NCBI GenBank assembly: GCA_951406725.2
Contig: OX597830.1
Coordinates: 76,694,001 to 76,758,000 of the forward strand
From: Octopus vulgaris
Taxonomy: Eukaryota
Reading direction: 5' to 3'
Length of the DNA stretch: 64,000 nt
Part shown: one piece after another, positions 28,122-42,764 of the stretch
Position numbering within the stretch: the first letter of the stretch is position 1
Layout of the letters: the number at the start of each line of letters is the position of its first letter
Made by a program: the position numbers and the translations under genes
The notes under the pieces: model-generated
What the model saw: the letters and a program-made list of their open reading frames with translations, nothing else
What the model was told of the DNA's origin: nothing
Database searches by the model: none

Positions 28122-28920
28122 GTAATTATTGGCGCACTGGGGATATGTAACACACTGCCGAAATCCCAATCTTGAGAAATTAGGCTTCTCACAACCAGAA
28201 AGGAGAAAGCTGATTCGAAGACTACGGATTCAAGCTGTAACTGTAAAAGTCGGGAAATGTAAAAATCTGTAAAACTTTCCATAAGTAATCATTTAAGTAT
28301 ATATGAGCATGTCTAGATATGCAACTATGTGCATGAAAATACATACATAAAAAAAATACAGATCTGAAAATATACATACATACATATATACAAAAATACC
28401 CTGTTGATGTTGAAATTTCAATGAAGGAGCTTTGGATCTAGGTTCGAAACGGCTCTTTTGGTATTGGCAAGAAATCTTGAAATAAAACTGAATAATGACA
28501 TACATACATACATACATACATACATACATACATACATACATACATACATACATACATACACGAGAAACTGTGCACAGTTGTGGAAAGTAGCTGCCCTGTG
28601 GATGTTAACTTAAAGCTGAAGATCAGTGAAAAAGAGAACATCTATGCTGCACTACTGAGAAACCTGAAGTTCCTATATCCAGATTACAAGTTCAGATTTA
28701 TACTTGTAATTATTAGGGCCCTGGGATTTTTAATACACTGCCTAAATATAAGAAAAGTGAAAGCTAATTCGAAGACTGCAGATCCAATCCATCACTGAAA
28801 CTGTAAAAATCTGTAAAACTTTCCAGAAGTTTATCATTTAAATATATATGAGCATGTCTAGGTATGCAACTATATGCATGAGAATACATACATAAAATAT
28901 ACAAATCTGCACATACATAC
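28122..28920 (+). mobile_element. Two tandem 3' fragments of an RLE-type LINE within (TACA)n
   Basis: EKLCTVVESSCPVDVNLKLKISEKENIYAALL...VIIRALG resembles the RLE C-terminus; duplicated block AAAATCTGTAAAACTTTCC...ATATGAGCATGTCTAG; (TACA)n flanks. Confidence 0.65.
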
Positions 28921-28925
28921 ATACA

Positions 28926-29476
28926 TGGTGGCTGCCCCCTCATTATCGAGTATGGCCATTGCACGAAGCTTAATCAATGTTGTTATCTTGCAATGCCTAT
29001 GCAAGAAGATTTTTTTAAAGTGAGGAAAGGCTGTGCACTGAGTCAATCCCACTCACTAAGCAACAGCAGCCATAATCCGAAAAGAAGAACAAGTCAACAT
29101 CATCGGTAACCACTGAGCCGCAGGTTTTATGTCGGAGTTATCCCAGTTACCTGAGTTACCTTCTCCTAGAAGGATGCCCTAACAAAGGCTAGGAGTCCTT
29201 CACTCCCAATGGTTTAACCGCGCGATCGGGTATTCAGTCCGATTATTTCTAAGTCCCCGCGCACGATACACCCTTAAAACATTTATTGGATGGCCGTTGA
29301 CTCTCAAGAGTTCCTGCGCCCTTTGACGGGTTTTGTTTTTCATCCCGCAGGGTGTCCAATAAACACCCTCCTCACCAAGCAAGCTTGGTGGGGTTGCCGG
29401 TTTAGTCGCCGACGACCCGACCATGCAACAGGTTGTACTGGGTTACATGTTACCAGTAGCACTTGAAAGTGACCTG
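28926..29476 (-). mobile_element. Non-autonomous RTE-derived element within (ATGT)n
   Basis: Structured GC-richer 5' part, no ORF, second partial copy at 2875-3208; RTE assignment is from recalled similarity of the UTR-like blocks. Confidence 0.6.
29397..29474 (-). ncRNA. HDV-like ribozyme candidate
   Basis: Minus order: P1 GGUCA..., P2 CCAGU, P3/L3 CA-ACCUGU-UG, P1' UGGUC, GG (P1.1), P4 UCG-UCGG-CGA, J4/2 CUAA, P2' ACCGG. Some mismatches; starts at the element 5' boundary. Confidence 0.45.
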
Positions 29477-29819
29477 ACATACATACATACATACATACAT
29501 ACACACATACATACATACACATATACATACGTACGTACGTAGATACATACATACATACATGCATACATACAAGCAAGAATACCCTGTTGTTGATGTTGAC
29601 ATTTTAATGAAGATGTCTTGGATCCAGGTTAGAAGCCGGTCCTTTCTTAAATATCAAGAAATCTTGAAATAAACTGAACAATGACATACATGCACACATG
29701 CATATATGCAGATAAATATAGCTATATGTAGCCATATATTTCATACTTACTGTATATAATCTTACGAAAGGCAATTTAACTGCAGTGTTATTACGGATAT
29801 AACATCTTGAACGATCGTC

Positions 29820-30160
29820 CTGTTCTTTTCAAAATTCAAATATGTCAGCAGTAGGCGAAAGTCGACTAACAACGTGAGAATCCTACATATACACTTTTAG
29901 TTGCGTCTGTTAATGGCAACCACACGTCTAAAGAAAGTCCAGATTTTATTCAGCTAACAGAAACTTAATTGAAAATTCACCATTTATTTATATTAGTAGT
30001 GACTGATTTTGTCTTAGTATGCACTTATCAGTAGGTACATCCTACTGGCGAAGCCCAAACAAAACAGAGAAGCATACCAAGACTTCCCACCAGCGTTGCT
30101 ACGCGATTTTCGTTTGCTACTGATGTAGATTTGTATTTTTAAACAAAGTACGTCCTTAAA
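29820..30160. mobile_element. Decayed MITE with imperfect inverted termini
   Basis: AAAATTCAAATATGTCAGCAGTAGGCGAAAGTCG vs reverse complement of CGATTTTCGTTTGCTACTGATGTAGATTTGTATTTT. Confidence 0.45.
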
Positions 30161-30894
30161 AGATATCTCCGAATGAATACCGACGTTAATTTGCCTTTAG
30201 CGACTTATTTTGCATCGAGTATAATACAGAGATGGTTATATATAGTTATGCTTATTAACATATGTGTGCATATGTATGTGCCTGCATGCATCCACGTATA
30301 CATACATCACGTATGTGCGTGCATGCGTCTGTGTGTGTATGTGTGTGCTTGTGTGCGGGTAAGTTTGTCTGTGAAACACTGTATCTTTGTACGTGTAACA
30401 GCTGCCTTGACTAATATGTAATATCAGCCATTTTAAACACATATGTATTGTTATATCCATTTCAGATTACTTACTTTCCTAAGAATTTACAATAGTATAT
30501 ATTACCATATATCATAGTATACATATTAATACACACACACATACACACACACACGCACATACACATATGCATACATACATGCATGCATGAATGCGTGCAT
30601 AAGTACTTACATACATACAAGCACGTATTCATATATACATACATACATACATACATACATACAAGGATATGTGGATACATATATATAGATGTATGTGTAT
30701 AACTATATATATATATATGTGTGTGTGTGTATATACGCACGACAGTGTATATTACTGTTTATATCACAGTGTATATATTACTGTGTATCAAATAATTTCA
30801 GTTGTATATTTTGGCCTCGTCGCTAATTTTCTACTCCACTGGGTAGTAAAATAGAAGTATAACAAAGTATATACATCTGAGTAGGTGTGTGTGT

Positions 30895-30959
<65 letters not shown>

Positions 30960-31359
30960 TTTTGTATGTGTAGACGTGTGTATATGTGTGCGAACGTGTG
31001 CATGTTTTTGAAATATGATTCGATCTGAACTTCTAAATGTGCCCTTGGTTAGGTGTGTAGGCCATTTACCTCAGAATTGGTTGTTTGTAAATAAACAAGC
31101 GCATGAGGTATGCAATAAATTTCTTATTAAAACTTGCACTGATACACACGCACACATGCACATAGACATACACACACACACCACACCACACCACCTCACA
31201 GTATCCATTCACGGAGGGTCTCAAGGTTTGGGGAAAATCGAAGAGGGACGTGGAGGAAAACAGCTGAGGGCCACTATCTCAAATTTGTCGCAAAAGCTGT
31301 AGTCACAGCACACAGCTAAAATGTATGTTTGTGTGTGTGTATGTGTGTATGTACACTCA

Positions 31360-31403
<44 letters not shown>

Positions 31404-31404
31404 A

Positions 31405-31729
31405 GTACGAGCAAAACGCACCCCGTCCAATGGTCGGTGCTGAGTTGTCAAACATTTAAATCAAATTATTTTTTTGGTCTCTTAAATATACTGCCTTTTG
31501 TGGCATTATTTCACGCCAGCTGATATACTTGCCCGTACAAATGCACGTCCCCACGGTTTTATCGATCGCATTCTCACCTGGAATCGATTTTTGTAATTTT
31601 TTCAAGACTTATACACACCCTGATACCGTCGGTATCTACATATCAAATGTGAGCACAATCGGATGGAGGATGCCCGAGATCCTAGAAGACACACACACAG
31701 ACAGACAGAACGGATTTTATATAACAGAT
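31405..31729 (-). mobile_element. Non-autonomous Helitron-like element, copy 1
   Basis: Minus 5' TCTGTTATATAAAATCCGTTCTGTCTGTC; 3' hairpin CCGACCATTGGACGG then CTCG|T. Confidence 0.65.
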
Positions 31730-31779
31730 ATACATACGTATGTAAAACAAATTGTTCGTACAGAATATAGTGAGTATTC

Positions 31780-32240
31780 AACGAGAGAGTTCCTCGCTGG
31801 CCACACCGGAGAATCATCAGTAGAGTTTTGGCCATGTGTTGGTCTACCCCCAATTGTGGTACCTTACCCTTCCTCATTCGCAGCGGCTTCCAAGTAACAA
31901 TTGCCAGTTGCAGAAGTCAATTGGACTTCCAAGTATAGTCTGGGTGAAGATTTCTGCTACAAGATCACTTGTACTCCAATAAGCCACTGCACTTCTTCCA
32001 CGAGTAATTTATCAGTTTTCCGTCTCTAAGAATATACAAGGAATGGCAGTACATTTATTTTGGGGCCAGCAAGAATCAGGATCGATACCATCCTCAGTAT
32101 AAGTGGATAATAGATTGAAGTCACTTCAGCCTATCATGCTATGTACATGTACCAGTGTACTATGCGTACAGAACTTCCTGCTAAGCTGCATGTGTAATCC
32201 TCCTTTCCACCTACTTTTTTCTTAATGGCTTCCATCATCA
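31780..32240 (-). pseudogene. Heavily decayed RTE-clade ORF C-terminal fragment
   Basis: Piecewise frames give YILR..DKLLVEEV and GRP..TW.KT..DD-like remnants typical of the RTE post-RT region. Confidence 0.4.
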
Positions 32241-32409
32241 ATTACGACGGCGCATTCTAATATGTATCCTTCCAATTTTTATAATGATAAGGAGAATTGA
32301 TTGCTGTTTCTAGCGAGTTATGCAACATTACATATATACATGAATGCATATATCTAAAAAGAAATTATCACACACATACACGCACGCACATAAACCCACA
32401 CAAGCACAG

Positions 32410-32440
<31 letters not shown>

Positions 32441-32449
32441 CACACGCAC

Positions 32450-32502
<53 letters not shown>

Positions 32503-33022
32503 CAGATTCACACATTATCTACATAAACAGAAAACGAATGCAGTATCACCATTCACCAGGCCTGAGAATCGTTAGTACGCTTAGCGGTATTTCGTCTGCC
32601 GCTACGTTCTGAGTTCAAATTCCGGCGAGGTCGACTTTGGTTTTCATCCTTTCCGGGTCGATTAAATAAGTACCAGTTACGCACTGGGGTCGATGTAATC
32701 GACTTAATCCCTTTGTCTTTCCCCCCTGTGGGCAATAAAGAAATGCGGGTATGTATATATCTTTTGGCGAATGTATGGGTGAGCATGTGTGTGTCTCAAG
32801 TGAGGATGGATGAGTATATACATATAGGCGCATGTACATGGGTGTGCGGGCGCGCATTTGTATGTATGAACATGCGCGCATACGCGATTACTATGAACAT
32901 TTTTACTCCCTCCTCTTACTTAGCGGTCATTCTAATAGCTCTTTTGTCTTAATAACAGTCAATTACACAGTAATCTCCCTGTGTTTTAACGGTCATTTTC
33001 ATAGCATTATTTTCGATGGCCC

Positions 33023-33083
33023 GATAACTGAAGAGATGCCGGCGTGGGTTTCCGCCTCGATATCAGAAACTCTGAGTTTTATC
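33023..33083 (+). ncRNA. Type I hammerhead ribozyme motif
   Basis: GAUAA-CUGAAGA-GAUG..GGCG..CGCC..UAUC-A-GAAAC-UCUGA-GUU^UUAUC. Stem I continues GGCC/GGCU past an internal loop; one extra A before GAAA. Confidence 0.75.
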
Positions 33084-33905
33084 ATGGCTACCGAATAATT
33101 GTCACATATTATATTTACAGATAAATTCCTCTATTTACATAATATCGTGGTCTCTTTCTTTCTTTTGTTGTCTTGCTATTTCTATATCTGAGAACCCCTT
33201 CGATTGCACCTAGAAAGTTACCCTCCCAGGCACAAGTACGCGCAAGGTTGTTTATGGAAGACCAGTAGTCGCCCATGCATAGCGGCCTCCCCTCTCCACG
33301 CCACCAGTGTTATCCAAGGGAAAGGCAAAGGCTGATACAACTTGGCACCAGTGACGTCGCAACTCATTTCTACAGCTGAGTGAACTGGAGCAACGTGAAA
33401 TAAAGTGTCTTGCTCAAGAACGCAACACGCAGCCCGGTCCGGGATTCGAGCTCACAACCTCATGATTGTAAGCTCGACGCTCTAACCACTGAGCCATGCT
33501 CCACTTGTCTCTTTATAGATATATACACACACACACATATTGCATTATTTACTTTAAAATTTCATCGAAATATAAATGCGCGCACTCAGTGAGTGCCCGA
33601 GTGACTTGATGACGAGCCAATGTTAATCTTGAATGTTCCACCTTTTAACAACTAGACATTTTCCCTGTAAATAAGAAAGGAAGTTATATAAACAAAGAGA
33701 AGACTAAATAAAGTGTCTGTGGAAATATCATATAAAATATTAGGCATTTTTCTTTTTTAATAGAATGATACTAAATATTAAATGGAAATAGCAATTTCAA
33801 CGAAAAGCTAATTCAAGTAGATGGATTATGATAGGATACCGACAGGTGCAATATACATTCATATATTTGTATGTATGTATGTATGTATGTATGTATGTAT
33901 GTACG

Positions 33906-33950
<45 letters not shown>

Positions 33951-34791
33951 ATGCATGTAGTAAAGTAATGTAAAAATGAAGTCAATTCAGTATTCTTAAC
34001 AAAGTTAGTTGAACTGGGTTTTACAAGGTGCAGACAGCATCTGGTATAGAACTTACTACGTTGTGCAGACTGAATGGAAACATTCTCTCGCACAGAAAAA
34101 AACACATACATGTACTTGCAAACACACACACATATGCACTCACAAACAAACACACAACACGCACATAGCACACACACATATACACTCACAAACAAATACA
34201 CACACATGCATATACACACATACATATACAAACACACACACACACATATATATATATACGCACATACTTATACACACATGCACACACAAATACACCGCGC
34301 GATCACATACAAGCACTCCCGCACATAGAATTACGCACGTGTACGCTCACTCACATGTATGCACGCAACTCATACACATACACGCATACACACACGTACA
34401 CACACACACACACACACACACATACACTCACATATCCACACGTTGTCTCTCTGATATAAACAGAGTGAATTTATAGCATCTTTGTTATCGAAAACAATTG
34501 AAACTATTTAGTGCACTGACGACGCTATTAGTCTGAAACTTCTCTACCCACGCCATATGAAATAAATTAAATTAGAAAGCTTTCTAAATGATTGTTTGAA
34601 TTCGTAATCTCTGGTTTTACTTTCGAATATTACTCACTAATACAGACAAATACCCATAAAGACATGCATATCAGCCAATGCATCCAAATGCAAAGGAAAA
34701 CAAACTGAAATACATAGGGAAGAAAAAATCATACATCAATACCCGCTACATGTAGGAAATAGGTAGGAAAATGGATACAAATATATATGTA

Positions 34792-34842
<51 letters not shown>

Positions 34843-35280
34843 TTGTGTGTGTGTGTGGAAAATATACTCAAGCTTGTGAAAACAGAGCTAGTTGCAGGTA
34901 AATATAAATACATAGAAACGCTCAAAATAATACGAAAGTTCCCTTAAGAAAAGAGAAGTTCATATAACTAGGTAAGAAAATGGAAATAGATATATATATA
35001 TACAAATAGATATATATACAAATGGAAATAAATATATACAAATAAATATATACAAATCTGTACAGAAACATTCGCGAAACACCCAGTTAGAGAGAAAGAT
35101 ATATATGAGAATATATTCAAATATGTTGAAAGAAATACTTACAAACATACAAAAACAACGCAAAATGCATAGAGAATGCATGCAAATGTGTGTGTGCATA
35201 TATATATATATATATACTCCACCACCTACACCACCAAACGGTATACACAGGTGCTTATAATTATCAAGTACTCACCCCGA

Positions 35281-35335
<55 letters not shown>

Positions 35336-35484
35336 TACACACACATACACACATATATGTGCATACAGATATGAATAGATAAATATATGTATACACACAC
35401 ACATATATAAATGCACACCTATATATACATCCATATAGATAGATATGCACGTTTATATATATATATATATATATATACAGGAAT

Positions 35485-35551
<67 letters not shown>

Positions 35552-36420
35552 AAATTCATGCAAATGCACATTTACATCGAGCAAGATATTTAAATACACA
35601 AAATGCATTTAAAGGAAACCAAAAGATATAAAAAATACCAAACTCAAACACAAGGAAATATATACACACTTATATGTACACAGCTATACGCAAACAGATC
35701 TCAATGCATAGCAAAATACATGGAAACACATAGAAAGACGCTTATACGCACATGTACACGCAAGCAAATTCAAGCAAACATTTATTTAGGAAATGAAAAT
35801 GTAAATATTTGACTCATTTGAATTTCCTGAGTAAATTTACACACAACGTGAATGTATGTATATAGAAGAAGTTAGAGGAACGAAGAGTGATGTAAGGAAA
35901 CAAGAAAATGAAACTGAAGTAGACAAACAAATACTTTTACAAAGGAACACTCGCACACAAACATGACTAATCTTTTGCTTTGTCTCATTCATTGGACTGC
36001 GACCTTCAAGGGTTTAGCGGAACAAATCGATCCGATGTGGTATTTATTCCATAGGTCTATTTTGCCTATCTTTCTGGTTACGGGGAAACAAACAAACCAA
36101 CTTTAGTTGTCAAACAGTGTGTGTATGTGTGTGTGTGTGTAGGTAGGACATATACATATATATATGTTTATATACACTACTAATATAGGTTTCAGAAAAA
36201 ATTTCATCAAAACTAGCAGCATATTAAAATACCTTTAAAGGTTAAAATTATAAGCAACTTATAAACAAGGGCAAAAGAAAAATTATTTCCATGCCAATAT
36301 GCTGTTAACAGACTTTAAATCGTCAATTTCCACATTTCATTATACAATCGCTATAAATACACGTTGTGCGTGCTGAAATCGAGGAAAGCTAGCCAACAGA
36401 ATTTTTTTAAAAGCTCCTTA

Positions 36421-36479
36421 TTTCTATATTGAATCAATTCCGGGATTAATCCTATGGATTTTTCCCTCTTCAGTAGAAA
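36421..36479 (-). ncRNA. Type I hammerhead motif with GGAA for GAAA
   Basis: Minus: UUUCUA-CUGAAGA-GGGA..AAUCC-AUA-GGAUU..UCCC-GGAA-UUG-AUU-CAA-UA^UAGAAA; all three stems pair. Confidence 0.7.
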
Positions 36480-36670
36480 ATACGATAAGAAATAAATTAA
36501 ATACTTACACGCACTCATGGAAAAAGCACAAGCAAGAGTCATGTGTACACAAAAGATATATCTAAATGTAAAATCCTTTAGCCAGCCTAAATTCTAATAG
36601 TGGTCCGGGAATCGAAACCGCGATCCTACGACCGTAAGTCCGCTGCTCTAACCACTGGGCCATTGCGCCT

Positions 36671-36793
<123 letters not shown>

Positions 36794-36914
36794 TACTCGT
36801 ACTAGGTACCCTCGCGAAATTTGACAGTTTTCATGGGAAGAAAAGATATCAATATTCCATCCCAAAATAAAAGTAGTTGAAAAAGTATATATTCCTACAA
36901 ATCACTACTTTGCG

Positions 36915-37275
36915 AAATGCTTAGCGGTATTTCATCCTGTCTTTACGTTCTGAGTCGACTTTGCATTTCATCCTTTCGATGTTGATAAATTAAGTACCAT
37001 CTGCGTACTGGGGTCGATCTAATCGACTGGCCCACTCTCCAAAATGTGCCAAGAGTAGAAAAGAATATTATTGGTATATAAGGTAGCGAGCTGGCAGAAT
37101 CGTTAGCACGCTGGACGAAATGCTTAGCTGTATTTCGTTTGTCTTTATGTTCTGAGTTCAAATTCCGGCGAGGTCGACTTTGGTTTTCATCCTTTCGGGG
37201 TCGATTAAATAAGTACCAGTTACGTACTGGGATCCATCTAAGTAAATGGCCCCTCCCCCAAAATTTGTAGAATGT
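36915..37275 (+). mobile_element. SINE family B, two tandem copies
   Basis: GAAATGCTTAGC...GTTCTGAGT...GTCGACTTTG...TTTCATCCTTTCG...AAGTACC twice. Confidence 0.8.
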
Positions 37276-37374
37276 ATATTGGTTCTGTACCAACCTGGAT
37301 TATGAATTGAAGATCGTCTACACCTACATTTTCTCCCAGATATATATCTTCGCAGATATACACGCCATCTACTC

Positions 37375-37760
37375 TACTCTTTTACTTGTTTCAGTCATTT
37401 GACTGCGGCCATGCTAGAGCACCGCTTTTAGTTAAGCAAATCCACCCTAGGACTTATTTTTTGTAAGCTTAGTACTTATTCTATCGGTCTCTTTTGCCGA
37501 ACTGCTTAGTTACGGGGACGTAAACACACCAGCACCGGTTGCTGGGACAAATACAAACACACAAACACACGCACACACACACACATATATATATATACGA
37601 CGGGCTTCTTTCAGTTTCCGTCTACCAAATCCACTCACAAGGCCTTGGTCGGCCCGAGGCTATAGTAGAAAACACTTGCCTAAGATGCCACGCAGTGGGA
37701 CTGAACCCGGAACCATGTGGTTTGGTAAGCAAGCTACTTACCACACACCCACTCCTGTGC
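37375..37760 (-). mobile_element. SINE family A, full length
   Basis: Reverse complement of the family A blocks. Confidence 0.9.
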
Positions 37761-38030
37761 ATGCCCACATTTGAAATATAATGCTTTATTTGCATATTTA
37801 TGAACTTTTTTCCAACAATATGAACATCATCATCATCCTCCTCCTCATCATCATCATCATCATCATCGTCAACAACATAAAGAAAAACAACAACAACAAC
37901 AACAACCACAACAACAGCAACAAGCATATCTTCATGGTCATCATAGTAGTTATCATCGTGACTATTATTAGTATTATTGTTTTTCTCCTTTTGTAATTAT
38001 TCTCCTTTTTTTTTCATATTATTCTTGCGC

Positions 38031-38074
<44 letters not shown>

Positions 38075-38638
38075 GCTGTTGTTGTTGCTGTGTTCATTGT
38101 TGTTGTTGTTGTTGTTTAACATGATAATTTTGTTTTAGTTGACTCTCGGATCAGCATCAGGTAACAACAAGCTGGCCTTATACATTCTGCGTTCAACTCT
38201 GACCCCTGACCTTCAAGTCGGCCAGTCAACTCTCTTCGGAGTTTTCGTCTTCATTGTGTAGTAAAGCATTTATCAAATTGGCCCATGTGACGTGTGGCTG
38301 CTAAAATATATTCATCAAATTCTTGCTGGTTATGTTGTAGAAGTTTAGTCTCTTTGTCATCCTCTTGCCCTTGGACTCTCTTGCCTGTCTGTCTGTCCGT
38401 CTGGCTGGCTGTTTCTCTCTCTCTCTCTCTCTCTCTCTCCCTCTCACTTCATTTCCTATCTCAATCTGTGTGTGTGTGTCTGTCTCTGTGATGTTATATG
38501 CATACATGCATAAATACATACATATACACAGACATCTGTACGTAGACACACACACAAACATACACATATACACATGTGTATGCACAAACGCTCCCACATA
38601 CATATATACATACATACATACATACATACATAAATACA

Positions 38639-38672
<34 letters not shown>

Positions 38673-38773
38673 CATACATACATACATAATATATATATAT
38701 ATATGTAAAACTACATGTGTATATTTGTATGTATGAATACATATTGCTTGTTTTATGCATACGTGTATGTATG

Positions 38774-38850
<77 letters not shown>

Positions 38851-39035
38851 TTATATACGTGTTTGCGAGTGTATGTGCGTGTATGCGTGTGTGTATGTGT
38901 GCGTGAGCATTTGTGGAGAGAGATTTGAGAGAGAGAGATTTGAGAGAGAAAGAGAGATGCATATACGTATATATCTATGCATGTGTTCTGTATGTATGCC
39001 TGTGTGTATATGCATAAATAAATATGGATTCATAT

Positions 39036-39082
<47 letters not shown>

Positions 39083-39445
39083 AAGACACGGGCCCGCGCG
39101 CACAGACATACACACATGCGTTTTTCTTTCAAAACATTGTTAATATTTGTGTTGTTTGGTGTCCCTTCCACTAAAAGCAACGAAACCAGCTGTGTGCGCA
39201 TGTGCGCTTGTGCTTCAGTATGCGTGTGTACATGTTGTGTGTGTGAGTGTGTGTATATGTGTGTGTGCCTCTGTGTGTGTGTGTGTGTGTGTGTGGCATA
39301 GATACTATCTATGTATGCGTATTGAGTTCGTTTAAATAGAATGTCAGTTTGATAGGAGCTCAATAGTATGGGATTAGTGACTTCATGTAAGTGGTGTGTT
39401 GATAAATGTGTGTTTGCGTGTGAGGCCATGTGTGTATGTATGTTT

Positions 39446-39480
<35 letters not shown>

Positions 39481-39533
39481 TTTATGTGAATCTCTCTCTG
39501 ACTTTGTCTCCTGTTTCTTCCTGTCTCTCCCTC

Positions 39534-39621
<88 letters not shown>

Positions 39622-39657
39622 CTCTATGTCTCTTTTTGTCTCTGTAGTTCTGCCTTC

Positions 39658-39698
<41 letters not shown>

Positions 39699-40141
39699 TG
39701 TAAACGAAAGACAAAGGGATAATGTAAACTAGACATCGTCAATGAAAGGGGAGAGAGAGAGAGAGAGAGAGTGAAGAAGAAAGAGAAGGAGAGAGAGAAA
39801 GAGTAAAAAAAGAAAGTGGAGAGAGTGATGATGAATGTGGAGAGGGGAAGAGAGAAAGAAAGGGAGCAATAGAAATGGTGAGAGAAGAGAGGAGGTAGGA
39901 TTTGTGTTCAAATGAGTTAGAGATTCTGGTAGAGTGATAGAATGTAAGAGAGAACGAGAGAGAGAAAGAGAAAGAGAAAGAGATAGAGCGTGTGTGTGTG
40001 TGTGTGTGTGTGCGTGAGAAACAGAGGGAGAGAGTGTGTGTGTGAGTGTGTGCGGGTTTGAGGGAGAGAAAAGGAGAGTGAGGGATGATAGATACTGAAC
40101 AAATAAGACAGTGGTAAGGAAACGGTGAAGGTGTCTGTGTG

Positions 40142-40204
<63 letters not shown>

Positions 40205-40230
40205 TTGTTTCTCTCCTTGTTTTTTTCTCT

Positions 40231-40272
40231 GTCCCTTTCTGTAGAAGAGCGTAGGCTCGAAACGTAAAAGAC
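40231..40272 (+). ncRNA. Minimal hammerhead-like motif with CUGUAGA core
   Basis: CUUU-CUGUAGA-A-GAGC-GUAG-GCUC-GAAACGUA^AAAG within a 160-bp element (40203-40362) flanked by (TA)n on both sides. Confidence 0.65.
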
Positions 40273-40849
40273 GTTTTCTATTCCTGAGCGTTATACTAAT
40301 ACATCTGTTTGTTTTGCACACCACCTGTCTTCGTCTTTTGGGTTTTTTTCGTAAACTCTCCCTATATATACATATATGTCTTTACATGTCTTTACATATA
40401 TATATGTATTACGTAAGTATATAAATATATATGTATGTCTGTATATGTATGTGTAAAAATCTATTTGCCAACGTAAATTGGCAATCCTGGTTAGGACGAT
40501 GTTACTACCTTTCTTTTAGCCCAAGTAAAACACCTTTTCTAGATGGCTACCGACGCACAACTGCGTCCTTATACATCAAACAAGGGAGCTAATGTCCCCA
40601 CTCAGGCTTAAACGGTACTCGCGGACCATGGTTTCTGATTTTTTCACTTCATCTGTACTGGATAACCAGTGGATCGAGATGGTAGCACAATGTCTTGTTC
40701 GAGGTATTATATTTTTAAAGTGACACATAGTAACTGATCTCGTAAAGAGGTAAACAATCAACTAGGACTGCCAATTTACTTTGTCATTGAGACTTTGCTC
40801 TGTCGTACTGTAACTGCTTACTTCTCGCTCAGAGATTTAAAACTAAATA

Positions 40850-40950
<101 letters not shown>

Positions 40951-41037
40951 AGCTAGCTATCTGTCTGTCTATCTAACTAACTATCTACCTATCTATATCT
41001 ATATCTACATATATATATATATATATATATATTTGCA

Positions 41038-41075
<38 letters not shown>

Positions 41076-41810
41076 AATACACACACATGCACACCCACAC
41101 TTATCCGTTATATGCATCAAAGCAATATTAGAACATAACTATTAACAGCATAGTCGGCATCATGATCGTCGTCGTCGATCTCCTCATTCTCCTCTTCCTT
41201 CTCTTCCTCCTCCTCCTCCTCATCATCATCATCATCACCATAAATCATCAATAATAACATCATTTTTCTTTCACTTTCTCCTGGTCTCCTTTATCACATC
41301 TTCCTCCTATTTTCTCCTGCTTCTCCGTCATTTATATAATTATTTGCAGAACTTTACCATTCCTAATTTTCATCTTATTTCACAAATTCTTTCTCTTTTC
41401 CATACCCACCACCACACACATACATTCGGGTTATCTATATCTCCAGATTTTAAAATTTCCTTACTTTCTCCAATTCTTTTCGAGATATATTGCTTTTCGT
41501 TGGAATTGAAATATCAATTTGGAGATTTTTCGTAACTTGATGGTCTTTTGGTACTAATATCAGAATAGAATTCCTTAATCTCCCTGTCTGTATGAAATGA
41601 CACGTCCCTGAATAACGTCATTTTGTCATTCTCTGGAGATATTACGTGGTGTATATTTCTACCAGTATGTTTCTGTAAATATGCAAATATTGCATATTGT
41701 ATTGATTATTTGTAGATGTGTGAGCATATGTATGTATGTATGTATGCATGTATGTATGTATGTTTATGCGTAAGTATGTGCGCCTGTTTGCATAAATACA
41801 TATATATATT

Positions 41811-41853
<43 letters not shown>

Positions 41854-41879
41854 TTATATATATACTCACACACACATAC

Positions 41880-41956
<77 letters not shown>

Positions 41957-42074
41957 AACAATTAAGGATAACTTCTTAATAAGGAATCTTAACAAGAAAT
42001 TATCAGGTAGATAGCGTGAAAAACCTCATAAGAGAAAAATTTCGAAAATAATTTTTTCTTATTGAACATATTAA

Positions 42075-42260
42075 TTTATATATAGAGGGCATTATTATAC
42101 ATACATGCCTCACGCTAAGAGGGACATCAGTCATTTCTACCAAAAATTTTACTGAAAAATTGCATTTTGAAAAATTGCATTGGGTATGATTAGTAAAATT
42201 TTTGGTAGAAATGACTGATGTCCCTCTTAGCGTGAGGCATGTATGTATAATAATGCCCTC

Positions 42261-42270
<10 letters not shown>
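42075..42270. repeat. 79-bp perfect inverted repeat with 38-bp spacer
   Basis: Arms 42075-42153 and 42192-42270; spacer contains GAAAAATTGCATT twice; TA runs at the outer ends. Confidence 0.9.
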
Positions 42271-42313
<43 letters not shown>

Positions 42314-42543
42314 AAATAAAAAATAAATGTGTCCTTTTAAAGCCTAGCCAGGCTCATGGGCCCGGTTTCCCGGTCTCTATGGCGTATGTGTTCCCCAGCT
42401 GGACGGGACGCCAGTCCATCGCAGCGTTACTCATTGTTGCCAGCAGAGAGGACTGGAGCAACGCGAAATGAAGTGTTTTGCTCAAGAATACAACGCTTCG
42501 CCCGGTCCAGGTATCGAAACCACAATCTTACGATCATGATGCT

Positions 42544-42584
<41 letters not shown>

Positions 42585-42764
42585 AAATATAAAGAAAAAA
42601 ATCTATTTAAGATTTTTTGAAGTAGTCAGCGTCCCAAACAAATTAAGGAAAAAATTAATACAAAGTAAATAGTTTTTTTCTTATATATAAACTACATTAT
42701 TATATCAAGTAGTATTACTATAAGTAAATACCTCACGCTGTAATGGGCCTCTAAAGTCAAACTA

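Noticed and set aside
34510-34590. CUGACGA...GAAAC hammerhead-like words
   Set aside because: Stems I and III cannot be formed; at most a decayed relic.
38137-38231. AGTTGACT/AGTCAACT terminal stem as C/D snoRNA or pre-miRNA
   Set aside because: No box C, and the interior does not pair.
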